DNA of 64,000 nt from an uncultured Candidatus Saccharibacteria bacterium (GCA_964532425.1 CAZHIA010000006.1:1343-65342); one strand, 5' to 3'. Positions 39,105-49,278 are shown, numbered from the stretch's first letter. The notes: generated by a model not told the origin, from the sequence alone. A program made the numbers and translations.

Positions 39105-39932
39105 ATGGTTTTACTTGACGGCCGCCAGATTGCACAACATATCCTGCAAGAAATCAAACGAGAGGTTGCCCATCTGCCGTTCCAGCCGGTGTTCTGCGAT
39201 GTTTTGGTTGGCGACGATCCTGTCTCATATTCTTATGTCAAAATAAAAGGCAAACGGGCCGAAGAGGCGGGTATTGAATTTCGCTTAGAGCATTTGCCGG
39301 CAGAGGTGGGCCAGGGCGCGCTTATAGAACGGATTCATCAGCTCAATCATGAACCGGGCATGTGTGGTATTATTGTGCAACTGCCGCTGCCGCCAGGCTT
39401 TGACCGGCAAGCGGTTCTTGATGCCATTGATCCTGCACTGGATGTCGATTGTTTAGGAGCCCCGGCAACAAAGCGATTCTTTCATGGAGACCCGGTGTTA
39501 ATGCCGCCCACTGCAGCTGCGGTTGCTGCAATTTTTCAGCAGCTGCCTGAGCAATTACGGAAGGGTCGTGTTGTTATTGTCGGTAAGGGGGTGCTTGTCG
39601 GTCGTCCGACTCAGCGGCTGCTGCAGTTGCAGGGTGTGCCTGTTCAACTAACTGATAATACCGATCCGGAGATGTTGGCAAAAGTGCGGGAGGCAGACGT
39701 GCTCATTACCGGAACCGGCCAGCCGAAATTGATCACGGGATCCATGATTAAGCCTGGCGCGGCGGTTATTGATGCTGGGACAGCGGAATCGGAAGGTGTC
39801 ATAGCCGGTGATGTCGATCGGGAGACAGTGGGTTCAGTTGCGGGATTTCTCACCCCAGTACCCGGCGGTGTTGGTCCGGTGACTGTCGCCGAGCTGCTCA
39901 AGAATATTCTACAAGTAGCACAAAACAAATAA
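39105..39932 (+). CDS. folD: methylene-THF dehydrogenase/cyclohydrolase
   Basis: GIIVQLPLP, TPVPGGVGPVT. Confidence 0.94.
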   Translation: MVLLDGRQIAQHILQEIKREVAHLPFQPVFCDVLVGDDPVSYSYVKIKGKRAEEAGIEFRLEHLPAEVGQGALIERIHQLNHEPGMCGIIVQLPLPPGFDRQAVLDAIDPALDVDCLGAPATKRFFHGDPVLMPPTAAAVAAIFQQLPEQLRKGRVVIVGKGVLVGRPTQRLLQLQGVPVQLTDNTDPEMLAKVREADVLITGTGQPKLITGSMIKPGAAVIDAGTAESEGVIAGDVDRETVGSVAGFLTPVPGGVGPVTVAELLKNILQVAQNK

Positions 39933-39942
39933 CCAAATATTT

Positions 39943-40836
39943 ATGCCAGCCCCCTTTAAGCCGCATTCGTTCCGGATTGCATACTTTTCTAAAGTTTTTT
40001 GGTTTTGTGTCCGAACTATAAATAGCATTCTTGTTTTGTTGACTTTGCGCAGCAAGCGGAAGTTCTGGGGTATTGTCTATGACAGCGTGACCAAACAGCC
40101 GCTTGACCCGGCAATTGTCAAACTGGCGTACTTGGGCAGCAACGAAGTGGAAACTTGCGTAACGGATATGGAAGGCCATTACGGATTTTTGGCTCATCCA
40201 GGAAAATTTAAGTTGCTGGCTAAAAAAACCAATTATCTGTTCCCTTCACAGACCCTGAGCGGTGACAGCGATGGTATCTTTGACCACCTGTACCACGGAG
40301 AGTTCTTTGAGCTTAGGGGTGATTCTGAAGTTGTCGCACCGAACATCCCCATGGACCCGGTGGGGACTGACTGGAACCAGCAGGCAAAGATCAGTGTGGT
40401 GAATACTCACCCGTATCTGCACTCGTTGATTCGCCGTCTTATTGGCACCTTGTTTTGGTTTGGTTTCATTTTTGTCATGGTATTCTTTGTGGCTTATTTC
40501 CGCCTTCATGTGCTCTATTTGTGGGCTGCACTCGTGGTGTATATTATGCTGTTTCTGCTTGCATGGCTGTTGCCAGATGTGCGGCTGTGGGGAATAGTCT
40601 CGAATATCCCTGAAGGGGAGCGGGTTATTCTGGAGTTGCTCAGCCCCAGCATTCAAGGAATCACGCTCGGGAAAGCCGAGGTGCTGCCGGATGGAAAATA
40701 CCTCCTCAGGGCCAAGCCCGGGAGTTATTTGCTCAAGATTACTGGAATCCGGGGGGAGGATGTTACCGTGTATGGCCAACTGCCGGTCAAAATCCATGCG
40801 GAAGGCGTGGTGAACCAGGCAATTAAACTACAGTAG
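39943..40836 (+). CDS. membrane protein with carboxypeptidase-regulatory-like beta domains
   Basis: WGIVYDSVTKQPLDPAIV, TDMEGHYGF; two TM segments. Confidence 0.7.
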   Translation: MPAPFKPHSFRIAYFSKVFWFCVRTINSILVLLTLRSKRKFWGIVYDSVTKQPLDPAIVKLAYLGSNEVETCVTDMEGHYGFLAHPGKFKLLAKKTNYLFPSQTLSGDSDGIFDHLYHGEFFELRGDSEVVAPNIPMDPVGTDWNQQAKISVVNTHPYLHSLIRRLIGTLFWFGFIFVMVFFVAYFRLHVLYLWAALVVYIMLFLLAWLLPDVRLWGIVSNIPEGERVILELLSPSIQGITLGKAEVLPDGKYLLRAKPGSYLLKITGIRGEDVTVYGQLPVKIHAEGVVNQAIKLQ

Positions 40837-40878
40837 TTTTCGTGGTATACTTAGGAAAATCGTATAATTAGTATCTAT

Positions 40879-41289
40879 ATGCAACAAGAACAAAAAACCG
40901 TGCTGATCGTTGAGGACGACAATGACCTGCGCAATGTGCTCGTTGACCGCCTTTCCGGGTGGAATTATCAGGTTGTGCAGGCGGAAGACGGCGAAAAAGC
41001 GGTAGATGCGGTATTAAACCACAAGCCGCATTTGGTCCTCCTTGACCTGCTGCTGCCCAAATTGGACGGTTTTCAGGTCTTGGAAGCGGTCAGAAAGAAT
41101 CCTTCCAAGGAAATTGCTGATACGCGCATACTCGTCCTGAGTAATCTGTGGAGCGATAAGGATATTCTCCAGGCTAAGGCGCTCAAAGTGGACGAGTACT
41201 TTGTGAAGGCGAACACTAACCTGGAAGATGTCTTTGAGAAGATCCGCACGCTGTTGGCTGCCCCGAAGCCGGATACTGCCCAGGCGTAG
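40879..41289 (+). CDS. stand-alone response regulator receiver
   Basis: VEDD, LDLLLPKLDG, conserved Lys. Confidence 0.92.
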   Translation: MQQEQKTVLIVEDDNDLRNVLVDRLSGWNYQVVQAEDGEKAVDAVLNHKPHLVLLDLLLPKLDGFQVLEAVRKNPSKEIADTRILVLSNLWSDKDILQAKALKVDEYFVKANTNLEDVFEKIRTLLAAPKPDTAQA

Positions 41290-41432
41290 ACTGTCCGGGC
41301 TAGGGGAAGGTATGGGTTTTGCTAAGTTTCCGTTAGGTTTTGGGACGGCATGTATATCCACTTGACTGTTTTTGCAAAACATCCTATAATCAGGAAGGTA
41401 AAGGCCTTCGGGCCTTTTAAAAAAGCTTAATA

Positions 41433-41507
41433 GAGATCGCTGATACGCTGATGGCCGCAGATAATGCTGTTTGTTAAACAGTAATTTGTGATTATCTGCG
41501 CATCTGT
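41433..41507. repeat. GCAGAT-family inverted tandem element
   Basis: GATCGCTGATACGC also at 42892. Confidence 0.7.
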
Positions 41508-41517
41508 GGAGAATTTT

Positions 41518-41700
41518 ATGAATATGTTTGGTTTTTTGAAGGAAGTCAGGACCGAACTGGTCAAAGTCGTATGGCCAAGCCGGCAGGATACCATCAGGTA
41601 CACTGCCACTGTGGTGTTGTTTAGCATCGGCGTAGCCGTGATTTTGGGCGCGGTCGATTACGGCTTGCTTAGGCTTTTTGAAAGAATTGTTGCCCGGTAA
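41518..41700 (+). CDS. secE: preprotein translocase SecE
   Basis: ELVKVVWPSR plus TM; upstream of nusG. Confidence 0.93.
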   Translation: MNMFGFLKEVRTELVKVVWPSRQDTIRYTATVVLFSIGVAVILGAVDYGLLRLFERIVAR

Positions 41701-41702
41701 GC

Positions 41703-42245
41703 ATGTTGCCACCAGGACATATCGCCGCAGGTTTTTTGACGGCAAAGGCTCTTTTGCATTTTTCTCATGCCAGTCTCACCGCAGCGCAACAAAATAATCT
41801 GCTCTGGTGGGGGATGTTCTTTGGATTCATACCTGACTGGGATACGTTCGTGACTTTCGCTCGCGAGAAAGCGTTCGTAGTGCGGAATCCGGAGAAGAAT
41901 GACCACAGGAATTATATAAGTCATGCGCCTGTTCTGTGGATGATAGCCGGACTGCTCGTGTATATACTCGCCAGTTCCGAATATTGGAAAATGTGGGGTC
42001 TGTTGTTGTGGCTTGGGAGTTGGAGTCATTTTCTGCTCGACAGTATCGAATATGGGATTATGTGGCTCTGGCCTTTTACCAAGAAGCGTTTTGCATTACG
42101 GGAGTCCGTGTCTATCAAGGTGAATATAAGTACGACAGGATTCTTTGGTTACTGGTTAGAATTTCTGAAAGCATATTCCAAGGTTGTCACATTTTATATT
42201 GAGTTTTTCGTCATTATTTTAGCAATCGTCATTTTTTTAAAATAA
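41703..42245 (+). CDS. membrane metal-dependent hydrolase (YdjM-like)
   Basis: GH, PDWD, HRNYISH, SHFLLD, LWP motifs. Confidence 0.85.
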   Translation: MLPPGHIAAGFLTAKALLHFSHASLTAAQQNNLLWWGMFFGFIPDWDTFVTFAREKAFVVRNPEKNDHRNYISHAPVLWMIAGLLVYILASSEYWKMWGLLLWLGSWSHFLLDSIEYGIMWLWPFTKKRFALRESVSIKVNISTTGFFGYWLEFLKAYSKVVTFYIEFFVIILAIVIFLK

Positions 42246-42246
42246 T

Positions 42247-42343
42247 ATAATCCGAATGACCCAAATGCTCGCAATCCGAATGACCCGAATCGAACGGGCC
42301 CATTCGGGGTATTTGGATGCTTATTCGGAGGATTAGGATTATA
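42247..42343. repeat. CCGAAT 9-mer inverted element
   Basis: Copies at 61839 and 63711. Confidence 0.85.
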
Positions 42344-42346
42344 TCG

Positions 42347-42892
42347 ATGGCCCGACAACAAGTCACCGGAGAACGTCACTGGTACGTACTCCACACCTAT
42401 TCCGGATACGAAGATAGCGTTGCTTGGAACCTCAAGCAGCGTATTGAAAGCATGGGCATGCAGGATAAGATCTTCGACGCAATGGTTCCCAAGGAGAAGA
42501 AGATTAAGATCAATAATGGCAAGCGCGTAACCGTAGAAGAGAAGATATTCCCTGGTTATGTGCTCGTGGATATGATCGTAACCGACGATTCCTGGTATGT
42601 GGTGCGCAATACTCCCAACGTGACTGGGTTCGTGGGCAGCGGGACCATTCCGACCCCGATCTCAGACGAAGAGTGGAACTATATGCAAAAGCGCATGGGC
42701 ACCGAAGAGCCGAAGTTCAAAGTTGACCTGCAGATGGGCGAGCTGGTGCGCATTACGGATGGACCGTTTAAGGACTACGAAGGCAAGGTTGGCGAAGTTG
42801 ATGAAGCTCATGGCAAGGTTAAAGTTATGGTCACCATCTTCGGCCGCGAGACTCCGGTGGAGCTGGACTTCCTGCAGGTCAAGAAGATATAG
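42347..42892 (+). CDS. nusG: transcription factor NusG
   Basis: WYVLHTYSGYE, FPGYVLV, FGRETPVEL. Confidence 0.97.
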   Translation: MARQQVTGERHWYVLHTYSGYEDSVAWNLKQRIESMGMQDKIFDAMVPKEKKIKINNGKRVTVEEKIFPGYVLVDMIVTDDSWYVVRNTPNVTGFVGSGTIPTPISDEEWNYMQKRMGTEEPKFKVDLQMGELVRITDGPFKDYEGKVGEVDEAHGKVKVMVTIFGRETPVELDFLQVKKI

Positions 42893-43140
42893 ATCGCTGA
42901 TACGCAGATTGAAAACAGATTCGCAGATGGGCAATGTAGGGGCGGCCATTGGCCGCCCGAGAGTTGCCGTCTTGTTTACACAACAAACGGTTTGAGATTT
43001 TATGTGATTTATCTTTGATTCATACCTCGCGCTTCTCGAGATATGAATTTTGGATAAAATATTAATCGGTTTAATTCGAATTTGTAGGTATCTGTTCCGC
43101 CAGCTGGCGGATTCGGATTCATCCGTAGATTTGTAAATTT
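42891..43140. repeat. cluster of repeats: GCAGAT arm, REP-like GTAGGGGCGGCCATTGGCCGCCC, TCCGCCAGCTGGCGGA, ATTTGTA arm
   Basis: Direct inspection; REP-like sister near 47470. Confidence 0.7.
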
Positions 43141-43563
43141 ATGGCCAAGAAGATCAAGACAGTACTCAAACTCCAGCTTCCGGCCGGAAAGGCCACCCCG
43201 GCACCGCCGGTCGGTACGGCCCTCGGGCCCCACGGCGTCAACATCGCCGCATTCGTCAAGGAATTCAATGACAGGACTGCAGGCGGCGATATGACCATCC
43301 CGGTCGAAATGACCATCTTTGAAGATCGCTCCTTCAGCTTCATCTTAAAGACCCCGCCGGCTTCGAACCTGATTATGAAAGCCATCGGCTTGCAAAAAGG
43401 TTCAGCCAACCCGCTGATGAACAAGGTCGGCAAAATTACCGCCGCCCAGATCAAAGAGATTGCGGAGAAAAAGATGGTAGACCTCAATGCCAATGACCTG
43501 GCTGCTGCGGAAAAGATTATCCGCGGCACCTGCCGGAGCATGGGCGTAGAAGTAGTGGATTAA
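43141..43563 (+). CDS. rplK: 50S ribosomal protein L11
   Basis: [15 protein letters not shown]. Confidence 0.98.
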   Translation: MAKKIKTVLKLQLPAGKATPAPPVGTALGPHGVNIAAFVKEFNDRTAGGDMTIPVEMTIFEDRSFSFILKTPPASNLIMKAIGLQKGSANPLMNKVGKITAAQIKEIAEKKMVDLNANDLAAAEKIIRGTCRSMGVEVVD

Positions 43564-43568
43564 TCGAC

Positions 43569-43602
43569 AAAACCAGCTGAGCTGAGGCTTAGCTGGTTTT
43601 TT
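43569..43602 (+). terminator. terminator after rplK
   Basis: AAACCAGCTGAGC-TGAG-GCTTAGCTGGTTTTTT. Confidence 0.8.
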
Positions 43603-43625
43603 GTTGGAAACATGGTAAAATTAAC

Positions 43626-43715
43626 TAAATGACAAAAATTAAAAAAATGACAAAAACGACGAAAATGAACTGTAGCTATTTTTGTTCACTCTTGTCAATT
43701 TTGTTCATTTTTGCT
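43626..43715. repeat. AATGACAAA 9-mer inverted element
   Basis: Diverged member of the mreD-flanking family. Confidence 0.7.
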
Positions 43716-43725
43716 CATTAATCAT

Positions 43726-44487
43726 ATGCCCGGACTTATAGTGTTTATCGTGTTCGTCTTTTTCTTCATTATCCTGCCCGGTTTTCGCGTGGTGCAGCAG
43801 TATGAAAAGGGGGCGGTGTTCTTCCTAGGTAAAATTACTGGGATTAAGGATCCCGGCCTGACCTGGATCTTCCCGTATTTTTCCTGGATGCGCAAAGTCG
43901 ATCTGCGCACGATTACGCTGCCGATTCCGGCACAGCGGATAATTACGAAAGATAACGTTTCCGTGGATGTCTCTGCCGTGGCCTATTACAAAGTAGTAGA
44001 TGTCACCAAGTCGATCGTCGCCATCGAGAACATTATGGCCGCGATCAATCAGCTGTCCCAGACCACTATGCGCAACATCGTAGGCAAGTTCCAGCTGGAT
44101 GAAATCCTCTCGGAGCGCGATGCGATCAATGTAGAGATTCGCACTACACTCGACCAGCGGACAGAGGAGTGGGGAGTGGTGGTCTCGGCAGTGGAGATTA
44201 AGGATATCGAACTGCCGGAGAACATGCAGCGCGCCATGGCCCGCCAAGCCGAAGCCGAGCGCGAAAAGCGTGCCAAGATCATTGCGGCTGAAGGCGAGCT
44301 GATTGCCAGCCAAAAATTGGGAGAGGCTGCCGATGTCATCGCTGCCCACCCGATCGCACTGCAGTTGAGGAACTTGCAGACAATGTCCGAGATTGCTATT
44401 GAAAAGAATTCGACTATCATCTTCCCGGCCCAGTTCATGAGCACGGTGAAGGACATACAGAGCTTCTTAGCGGCAGAAAAGAAATAA
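43726..44487 (+). CDS. SPFH/stomatin (slipin) family protein
   Basis: ITKDNVSV, RAMARQAEAEREKRAKIIAAEGE. Confidence 0.93.
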   Translation: MPGLIVFIVFVFFFIILPGFRVVQQYEKGAVFFLGKITGIKDPGLTWIFPYFSWMRKVDLRTITLPIPAQRIITKDNVSVDVSAVAYYKVVDVTKSIVAIENIMAAINQLSQTTMRNIVGKFQLDEILSERDAINVEIRTTLDQRTEEWGVVVSAVEIKDIELPENMQRAMARQAEAEREKRAKIIAAEGELIASQKLGEAADVIAAHPIALQLRNLQTMSEIAIEKNSTIIFPAQFMSTVKDIQSFLAAEKK

Positions 44488-44527
44488 AAGCGGATGAGAT
44501 TACTTTTGTGAACAGCCAATAATATTA

Positions 44528-44636
44528 ATTCCTAATTCCCAATTCCTAATTTCCAATCAAAAACCCAAATGCAAAAATGACTTAATTTGGGCATTGGAAA
44601 TTTTATTGGGAATTAGATATTGGATATTGGAAATTT
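44528..44636. repeat. AATTCCT/AATTTCC heptamer inverted element
   Basis: Relatives at 48101-48213 and 48704-48732. Confidence 0.85.
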
Positions 44637-44975
44637 ATGTCTTTAAAAAAAGCTTATCTCTACCTTGTCTCCGTCATCTCCCTCGTCATTATGGTGGTCG
44701 GCGCTATTCAGTTGCTCGATATGGCCCTTAAGACCTGGGTCTTCACCAAAGCGGATCAGGATTATTATTCCGCACCGTGCATGTCTGCCAAACCGGTTTC
44801 AGCCACCGGCACGCCGGTTGAATGCACTCCGGAAGAACGAGCTGCTCAAAAGCAACAGCAGGCTGACATGCGTACTGCCCAAAAACAGCGTCAGGCTTCC
44901 ACAGCCATTGCTATGATCATTGTGGCTACCCCAGTCTGGTTCTTCCACTGGAGGCTGGCCCGAAGGGAAGCGTAA
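44637..44975 (+). CDS. two-TM membrane protein (DUF5671-like)
   Basis: YLYLVSVISL...PVWFFHW. Confidence 0.7.
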   Translation: MSLKKAYLYLVSVISLVIMVVGAIQLLDMALKTWVFTKADQDYYSAPCMSAKPVSATGTPVECTPEERAAQKQQQADMRTAQKQRQASTAIAMIIVATPVWFFHWRLARREA

Positions 44976-45136
44976 AGTCAGTTTGTAGGTTGTGGTTTAT
45001 GGTTTGTAGTGAACATTCCCGTTGCTTGCGCAACGGGAATTTTACATGCATAGCTCCGTATCTATTCAGGCTACTAATTTCGCTGGGTGGTTCGGCCTGT
45101 CCTATGAAGTCTTTTTTGGGCCGCCTTGAGCCGTAT

Positions 45137-45220
45137 TTGCCAAAATTGGCGGTTTTTGCTATAATCATTCCAACATTATTTTTTGTGGGACCTTGAGCTA
45201 AATGCAGGGGTTTGTACCAC
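45137..45220 (+). promoter_or_regulatory. rplA promoter and putative L1-binding leader
   Basis: TTGCCA-17-TATAAT followed by a GTGGGA...ACCAC stem. Confidence 0.65.
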
Positions 45221-45234
45221 GAAAGGACAACTTT

Positions 45235-45918
45235 ATGCCGAAACTCGCCAAGCGGGTCAAAGCCAATAGTGAATTAGTGGAAAAAGATAAGCTCTATACG
45301 CCGGAAGAAGCCTTAGAGCTCGCCAAAAAGACCGCCAACACCAAGTTTGTCGGGTCTGTTGAAGTACATGTTCGCACCAATATTGATGCCAAAAAAACCG
45401 ACCAGGCTGTTCGCGGCACGGTTAATCTGCCCTTTGGAACCGGCAAGACTAAGAAAGTCGCGGCTTTTGTTACCGAGGCTAAAGAGAAAGAAGCGAGAGA
45501 TGCGGGAGCTATCGTGGTTGGTGGCGAAGAGCTGATTAAGCAGATCAAGGAGACCGAGAAGACCGATTTTGACGTAGCTGTTGCTGAACCGGCTATGATG
45601 CCCAAGCTGGCCCAGATCGCCAAGATTCTTGGTACGAGAGGCTTAATGCCGAACCCGAAGACTGGCACGGTCGGAGCGGATATCGGCCAGATCGTCAAGG
45701 AGATTGCCGGCGGTAAAGTCAGCTTTAAGAACGACGACTCCGGTAATGTCCACCAGATTATCGGCAAGAGCAGTTTTGAACCGGCCCAGTTGTTGGAGAA
45801 TCTGAAAGCTTTCTACCAGGCGGTCTTACAGAGCAAGCCTGCTACTGTCAAAGGCCAGTACATTTCCGGAATTACGCTCAATGCCACTATGGGCCCTGGT
45901 ATTAAGGTGAGAATGTAG
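45235..45918 (+). CDS. rplA: 50S ribosomal protein L1
   Basis: LGTRGLMPNPKTGTV, TMGPG. Confidence 0.98.
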   Translation: MPKLAKRVKANSELVEKDKLYTPEEALELAKKTANTKFVGSVEVHVRTNIDAKKTDQAVRGTVNLPFGTGKTKKVAAFVTEAKEKEARDAGAIVVGGEELIKQIKETEKTDFDVAVAEPAMMPKLAQIAKILGTRGLMPNPKTGTVGADIGQIVKEIAGGKVSFKNDDSGNVHQIIGKSSFEPAQLLENLKAFYQAVLQSKPATVKGQYISGITLNATMGPGIKVRM

Positions 45919-45986
45919 CCCTCAATACCGAATATTCAGCCTGCTTAACTCTAAATCAAAAATATCAAAAATTCATTTGCAAAGAC

Positions 45987-46385
45987 ATGGCTGATTTTAC
46001 GAAAAAAGTTTTAGTAGTTGAGGATGACGCTACTCTACAGAGCGTCTTCATTGACCAGATCTCGAAAGATTTTTCCACCTTGGATGCCGCTGATGGTGAA
46101 ATCGCATGGCAGAAAATTTTAGACCATACGCCTGATCTGATCGTGCTGGACCTCATGATCCCCATGGTCAATGGGTTTGAACTTTTGGAACGAATCCGTA
46201 ATCACGATAACCCAAAAGTGGCCAATGTCCCGATCCTGGTCGTCAGTAACCTGGCCAGTACCGAAAGCATTCAGCGTGCCCAGAAATTTCACCTCGTAGA
46301 CTACATTATTAAGTCGACCATGAGCGTGGAAGGCGTGGTTAAAAAGGTCTTGTCCGTGCTCGAGCCTGAAAAAGAAGTCAAATAG
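45987..46385 (+). CDS. stand-alone response regulator receiver
   Basis: VEDD, PDLIVLDLMIPMVNG. Confidence 0.92.
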   Translation: MADFTKKVLVVEDDATLQSVFIDQISKDFSTLDAADGEIAWQKILDHTPDLIVLDLMIPMVNGFELLERIRNHDNPKVANVPILVVSNLASTESIQRAQKFHLVDYIIKSTMSVEGVVKKVLSVLEPEKEVK

Positions 46386-46389
46386 CAAT

Positions 46390-46429
46390 AAAACGTCCCA
46401 GCTCCCCGAATAGGGGCTGGGACGTTTTT
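46390..46429. terminator. bidirectional terminator
   Basis: AAAACGTCCCAGCTCC...GGGGCTGGGACGTTTT. Confidence 0.8.
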
Positions 46430-46431
46430 GA

Positions 46432-46785
46432 TTATGGGTGTGCACACTCCACCTTTGGCCGCTGGTCCAAGAGCTCGAACAGTTTCAGCCGCAGCTGCAT
46501 ACAATCCGGATCAAAGGGCTCGCTTTTGGCGAGACCTACGCCGGTCCATTGGCCGTTGACACGGGCGCAGTGAGCCTTGATAACCGAATTCCGATGTATG
46601 CCATTGGTTACGAGAAAACGCAAATGGATGGAGGGGTGCTCCTTGTCGGCCGGGGTTTCACCTGTGGCCACTGCAAGCGCGAGGATCTTTCCCGAAGCAT
46701 TCTGGCCGTCGAGGGTCAGCGGGTAGGTGTTGCCGAGCGCCAGGTCGAGGGGCAAGTCACTGATGTGCAATAATTCCTGCTGCAT
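46432..46785 (-). CDS. hypothetical protein
   Basis: AAGGAGG SD; 117 aa; ends at the terminator. Confidence 0.6.
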   Translation of the reverse strand: MQQELLHISDLPLDLALGNTYPLTLDGQNASGKILALAVATGETPADKEHPSIHLRFLVTNGIHRNSVIKAHCARVNGQWTGVGLAKSEPFDPDCMQLRLKLFELLDQRPKVECAHP

Positions 46786-46927
46786 TCAACCTCCTTAGAA
46801 CGGTGTTCTGCCCAGGAATCATATCAAAAACAGCTTTTTTGTAAAGCAGGGGGTTATAGTGTAAAATATGAGTAATTCGACAGGGCCGTATCCCGGCATT
46901 ATGTTTGAGACATTAACAGAAAACAAT

Positions 46928-47422
46928 ATGCAAAAACCTCGAGATAACGCCATTTCGTGGGATGAGTGTATGATGCGAATGGCTCATGTCATCGCGGCTC
47001 GCTCCAAGGATCCGTCCACCCAAGCTGGGGCCGTCGTGGCGGATTATGACAATGTCATATACGGACTTGGGTATAATGGTTTTCCCCGCGGGATCTCGGC
47101 TGACCAGTTGCCGTGGGAGCGGGATGGAAAGTTTTTGGAAACCAAGTATGCGTATGTCTGTCATGCCGAGGAAAATGCGGTCTATAACGCCAATGGCCCA
47201 GTCAAGGGGTGTAAAATTTATTGTACGCTGTTTCCTTGCAATGAATGCGCCAAGACCATTATCCAGCGCGGCATTAAGGAAGTAGTCTTCGAAAGCGACA
47301 AATATCATGATGTGGATCCGTATATTGCCTCACGTAAGCTTCTTGATCTTGCCGGGGTCACCTGCCGCCGGTATGTGTCAGCCTGGGTTACCGAACCGGC
47401 AAAAGAAGGAGCGGTAGAATGA
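46928..47422 (+). CDS. dCMP deaminase
   Basis: SKDPSTQAGA, GYNG, HAE, PCNEC. Confidence 0.94.
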   Translation: MQKPRDNAISWDECMMRMAHVIAARSKDPSTQAGAVVADYDNVIYGLGYNGFPRGISADQLPWERDGKFLETKYAYVCHAEENAVYNANGPVKGCKIYCTLFPCNECAKTIIQRGIKEVVFESDKYHDVDPYIASRKLLDLAGVTCRRYVSAWVTEPAKEGAVE

Positions 47423-47550
47423 CAAATAGAAAAATAAAAATATAGAAAGATAAAAAATTGTTTTTTGGAGGGGCGGCCACTGGCCGCCCGCAATAGTGGT
47501 TGCAGAACAGCCATCTAAACTATCAGTAAAGTATTTTTTAACGATCATTC

Positions 47551-48102
47551 ATGAATAACCATATTCTCGCCGTTGTTGGCTTGCCGGGTGCAGGCAAGAC
47601 TGAAGCAACTAATTATATAATTGAAAAAACCGGTTGGTCAAAGGTGTATTTTGCCCAGCCGACATTTGACGTATTGGCGGAACGAGGCAAGGAAATCAAT
47701 GAAGCTAATGAGCGGGCTGTACGGGAGGAATTGCGAGCCACACATGGCATGGGTGCCATGGCCATTTTGAGCATTCCCAAAGTCAAGGAGCTGTTTCAAA
47801 ATTCTAGCGTGATCATTGAAAGCTTATATAGTTGGGAGGAATATCTGGCAGTCAAACAGGAGTTCGGCGACGCATTCAAGGTGCTGGCAATCTTCGCTTC
47901 ACCTCAGATTCGGACAGAACGCATGGGAAAGCGCCCGGTCAGACCGCTCACGCCTGAGCAGCTTATCTCCCGGGATTATTCCCAAATCGAAAATCTCCAT
48001 CAGGCTGGACCAATCGCCCGTGCCGATTGGACGGTTATCAACGAAGGGACAGTAGGGGAGATGAAAGGGAAGATTGATGAAATATTGGCGCAACTTAAAT
48101 AA
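47551..48102 (+). CDS. P-loop nucleotide kinase (dephospho-CoA kinase-like)
   Basis: GLPGAGKT, RDYSQIE, ADWTVINEG. Confidence 0.8.
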   Translation: MNNHILAVVGLPGAGKTEATNYIIEKTGWSKVYFAQPTFDVLAERGKEINEANERAVREELRATHGMGAMAILSIPKVKELFQNSSVIIESLYSWEEYLAVKQEFGDAFKVLAIFASPQIRTERMGKRPVRPLTPEQLISRDYSQIENLHQAGPIARADWTVINEGTVGEMKGKIDEILAQLK

Positions 48103-48213
48103 TTTCAAATTACAAATATCAAATTTCAAATCAAACTTTAATGCTTTAATAATAAATTATTATTTTAGTCATTGGTCATTGATTTGACATTTGAAATTAG
48201 AAATTGGAAATTT
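48101..48213. repeat. AATTTCA heptamer inverted element
   Basis: AATTTCAAATTACAAAT...TTGAAATTAGAAATTGGAAATT. Confidence 0.85.
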
Positions 48214-48264
48214 AAAGACTAAATATCTAGTTCAAATTAACCTCGATTAGCCTTAAGATCGCTT

Positions 48265-48705
48265 ATGAAAGTAAAGATCAAACGTTTAGATCCTTCTATT
48301 CCTCTCCCTGAATATCACACCACCGAATCCGCCGGTTTTGATATTGGTTCGGCGATTGATGTTGTTATCCAGCCGGGACAGGTGTTCAAGATCCCAACCG
48401 GACTAGTTTTTGCTTCGCCTAAAGGTTACTTTTTAATGATCTCCTCCCGCAGTAGTCTCGCGCTCAAGAAAGGCCTTGTCATGGCCAACGGCATTGGCGT
48501 CGTAGACCCCGACTATGCGGGCCCGAATGACCAAGTGCACATTATTGTTCATAACATTACCACAGAACCGGTTGAGGTAAAAAAAGGCGAGCGTTTAGCT
48601 CAAGGTATCTTTTTGCCTATCGAGCAGGCTGAGTGGGAAGAGACGGACCAAATGCGGGAGACTGATAGGGGAGGGATAGGGTCGACGGGGGGATATAATA
48701 ATTAA
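48265..48705 (+). CDS. dut: dUTPase
   Basis: SAGFDI, RSS, GVVDPDY, RLAQ, RGGIGSTG. Confidence 0.96.
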   Translation: MKVKIKRLDPSIPLPEYHTTESAGFDIGSAIDVVIQPGQVFKIPTGLVFASPKGYFLMISSRSSLALKKGLVMANGIGVVDPDYAGPNDQVHIIVHNITTEPVEVKKGERLAQGIFLPIEQAEWEETDQMRETDRGGIGSTGGYNN

Positions 48706-48732
48706 TTCCCAATTCCTAATTTCCAATTTCCA

Positions 48733-49272
48733 ATGATTATAGGATTAGTGGGGGAAAAATTAGCAGGGAAGGATGTGGTGGCGGAGTACTTGGAAAAAAA
48801 GTATGGGGCTTTTTATATTAAGTACAGCACAATCTTGGATGAGATTTTAAATATTCTCGATCTTCCCGTGAGCCGCCGCAATGAAATAGATTTGGGTGCG
48901 GGTCTGCGCGAGGCGTTTAAACGCAGTGTGCTCTGGGGAGCGGTGAAAAAGAAGGTACTTGAGTCGTCCGCTGATTTGAAAGTTATCGGTAGCATAAGGC
49001 TTGAGGACGAGTTCGAAAGCGCGCGAAGCCTGGGGGCGAAGGTTTTGTATGTGACCGCGCCGATCGATTTGCGCTATCAGCGCGCCTTGGTACGCCGCGA
49101 AAAAACCGATGACGGCCAACAGACGTTTGAACAGTTTATTGCCCAGGAACAGGAATGGACCGAAGCTGGAATTCCTGAGCTCGGCAAAAAGGCGGACTTT
49201 CGGATAGAGAATGTTGGGACGGTGGAGGAGTTGTATGGGAAGATTGATGAGATACTATCAACCGTAGCCTAA
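48733..49272 (+). CDS. P-loop nucleotide kinase
   Basis: GLVGEKLAGKD, ADFRIENVGT. Confidence 0.78.
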   Translation: MIIGLVGEKLAGKDVVAEYLEKKYGAFYIKYSTILDEILNILDLPVSRRNEIDLGAGLREAFKRSVLWGAVKKKVLESSADLKVIGSIRLEDEFESARSLGAKVLYVTAPIDLRYQRALVRREKTDDGQQTFEQFIAQEQEWTEAGIPELGKKADFRIENVGTVEELYGKIDEILSTVA

Positions 49273-49278
49273 GTGACA

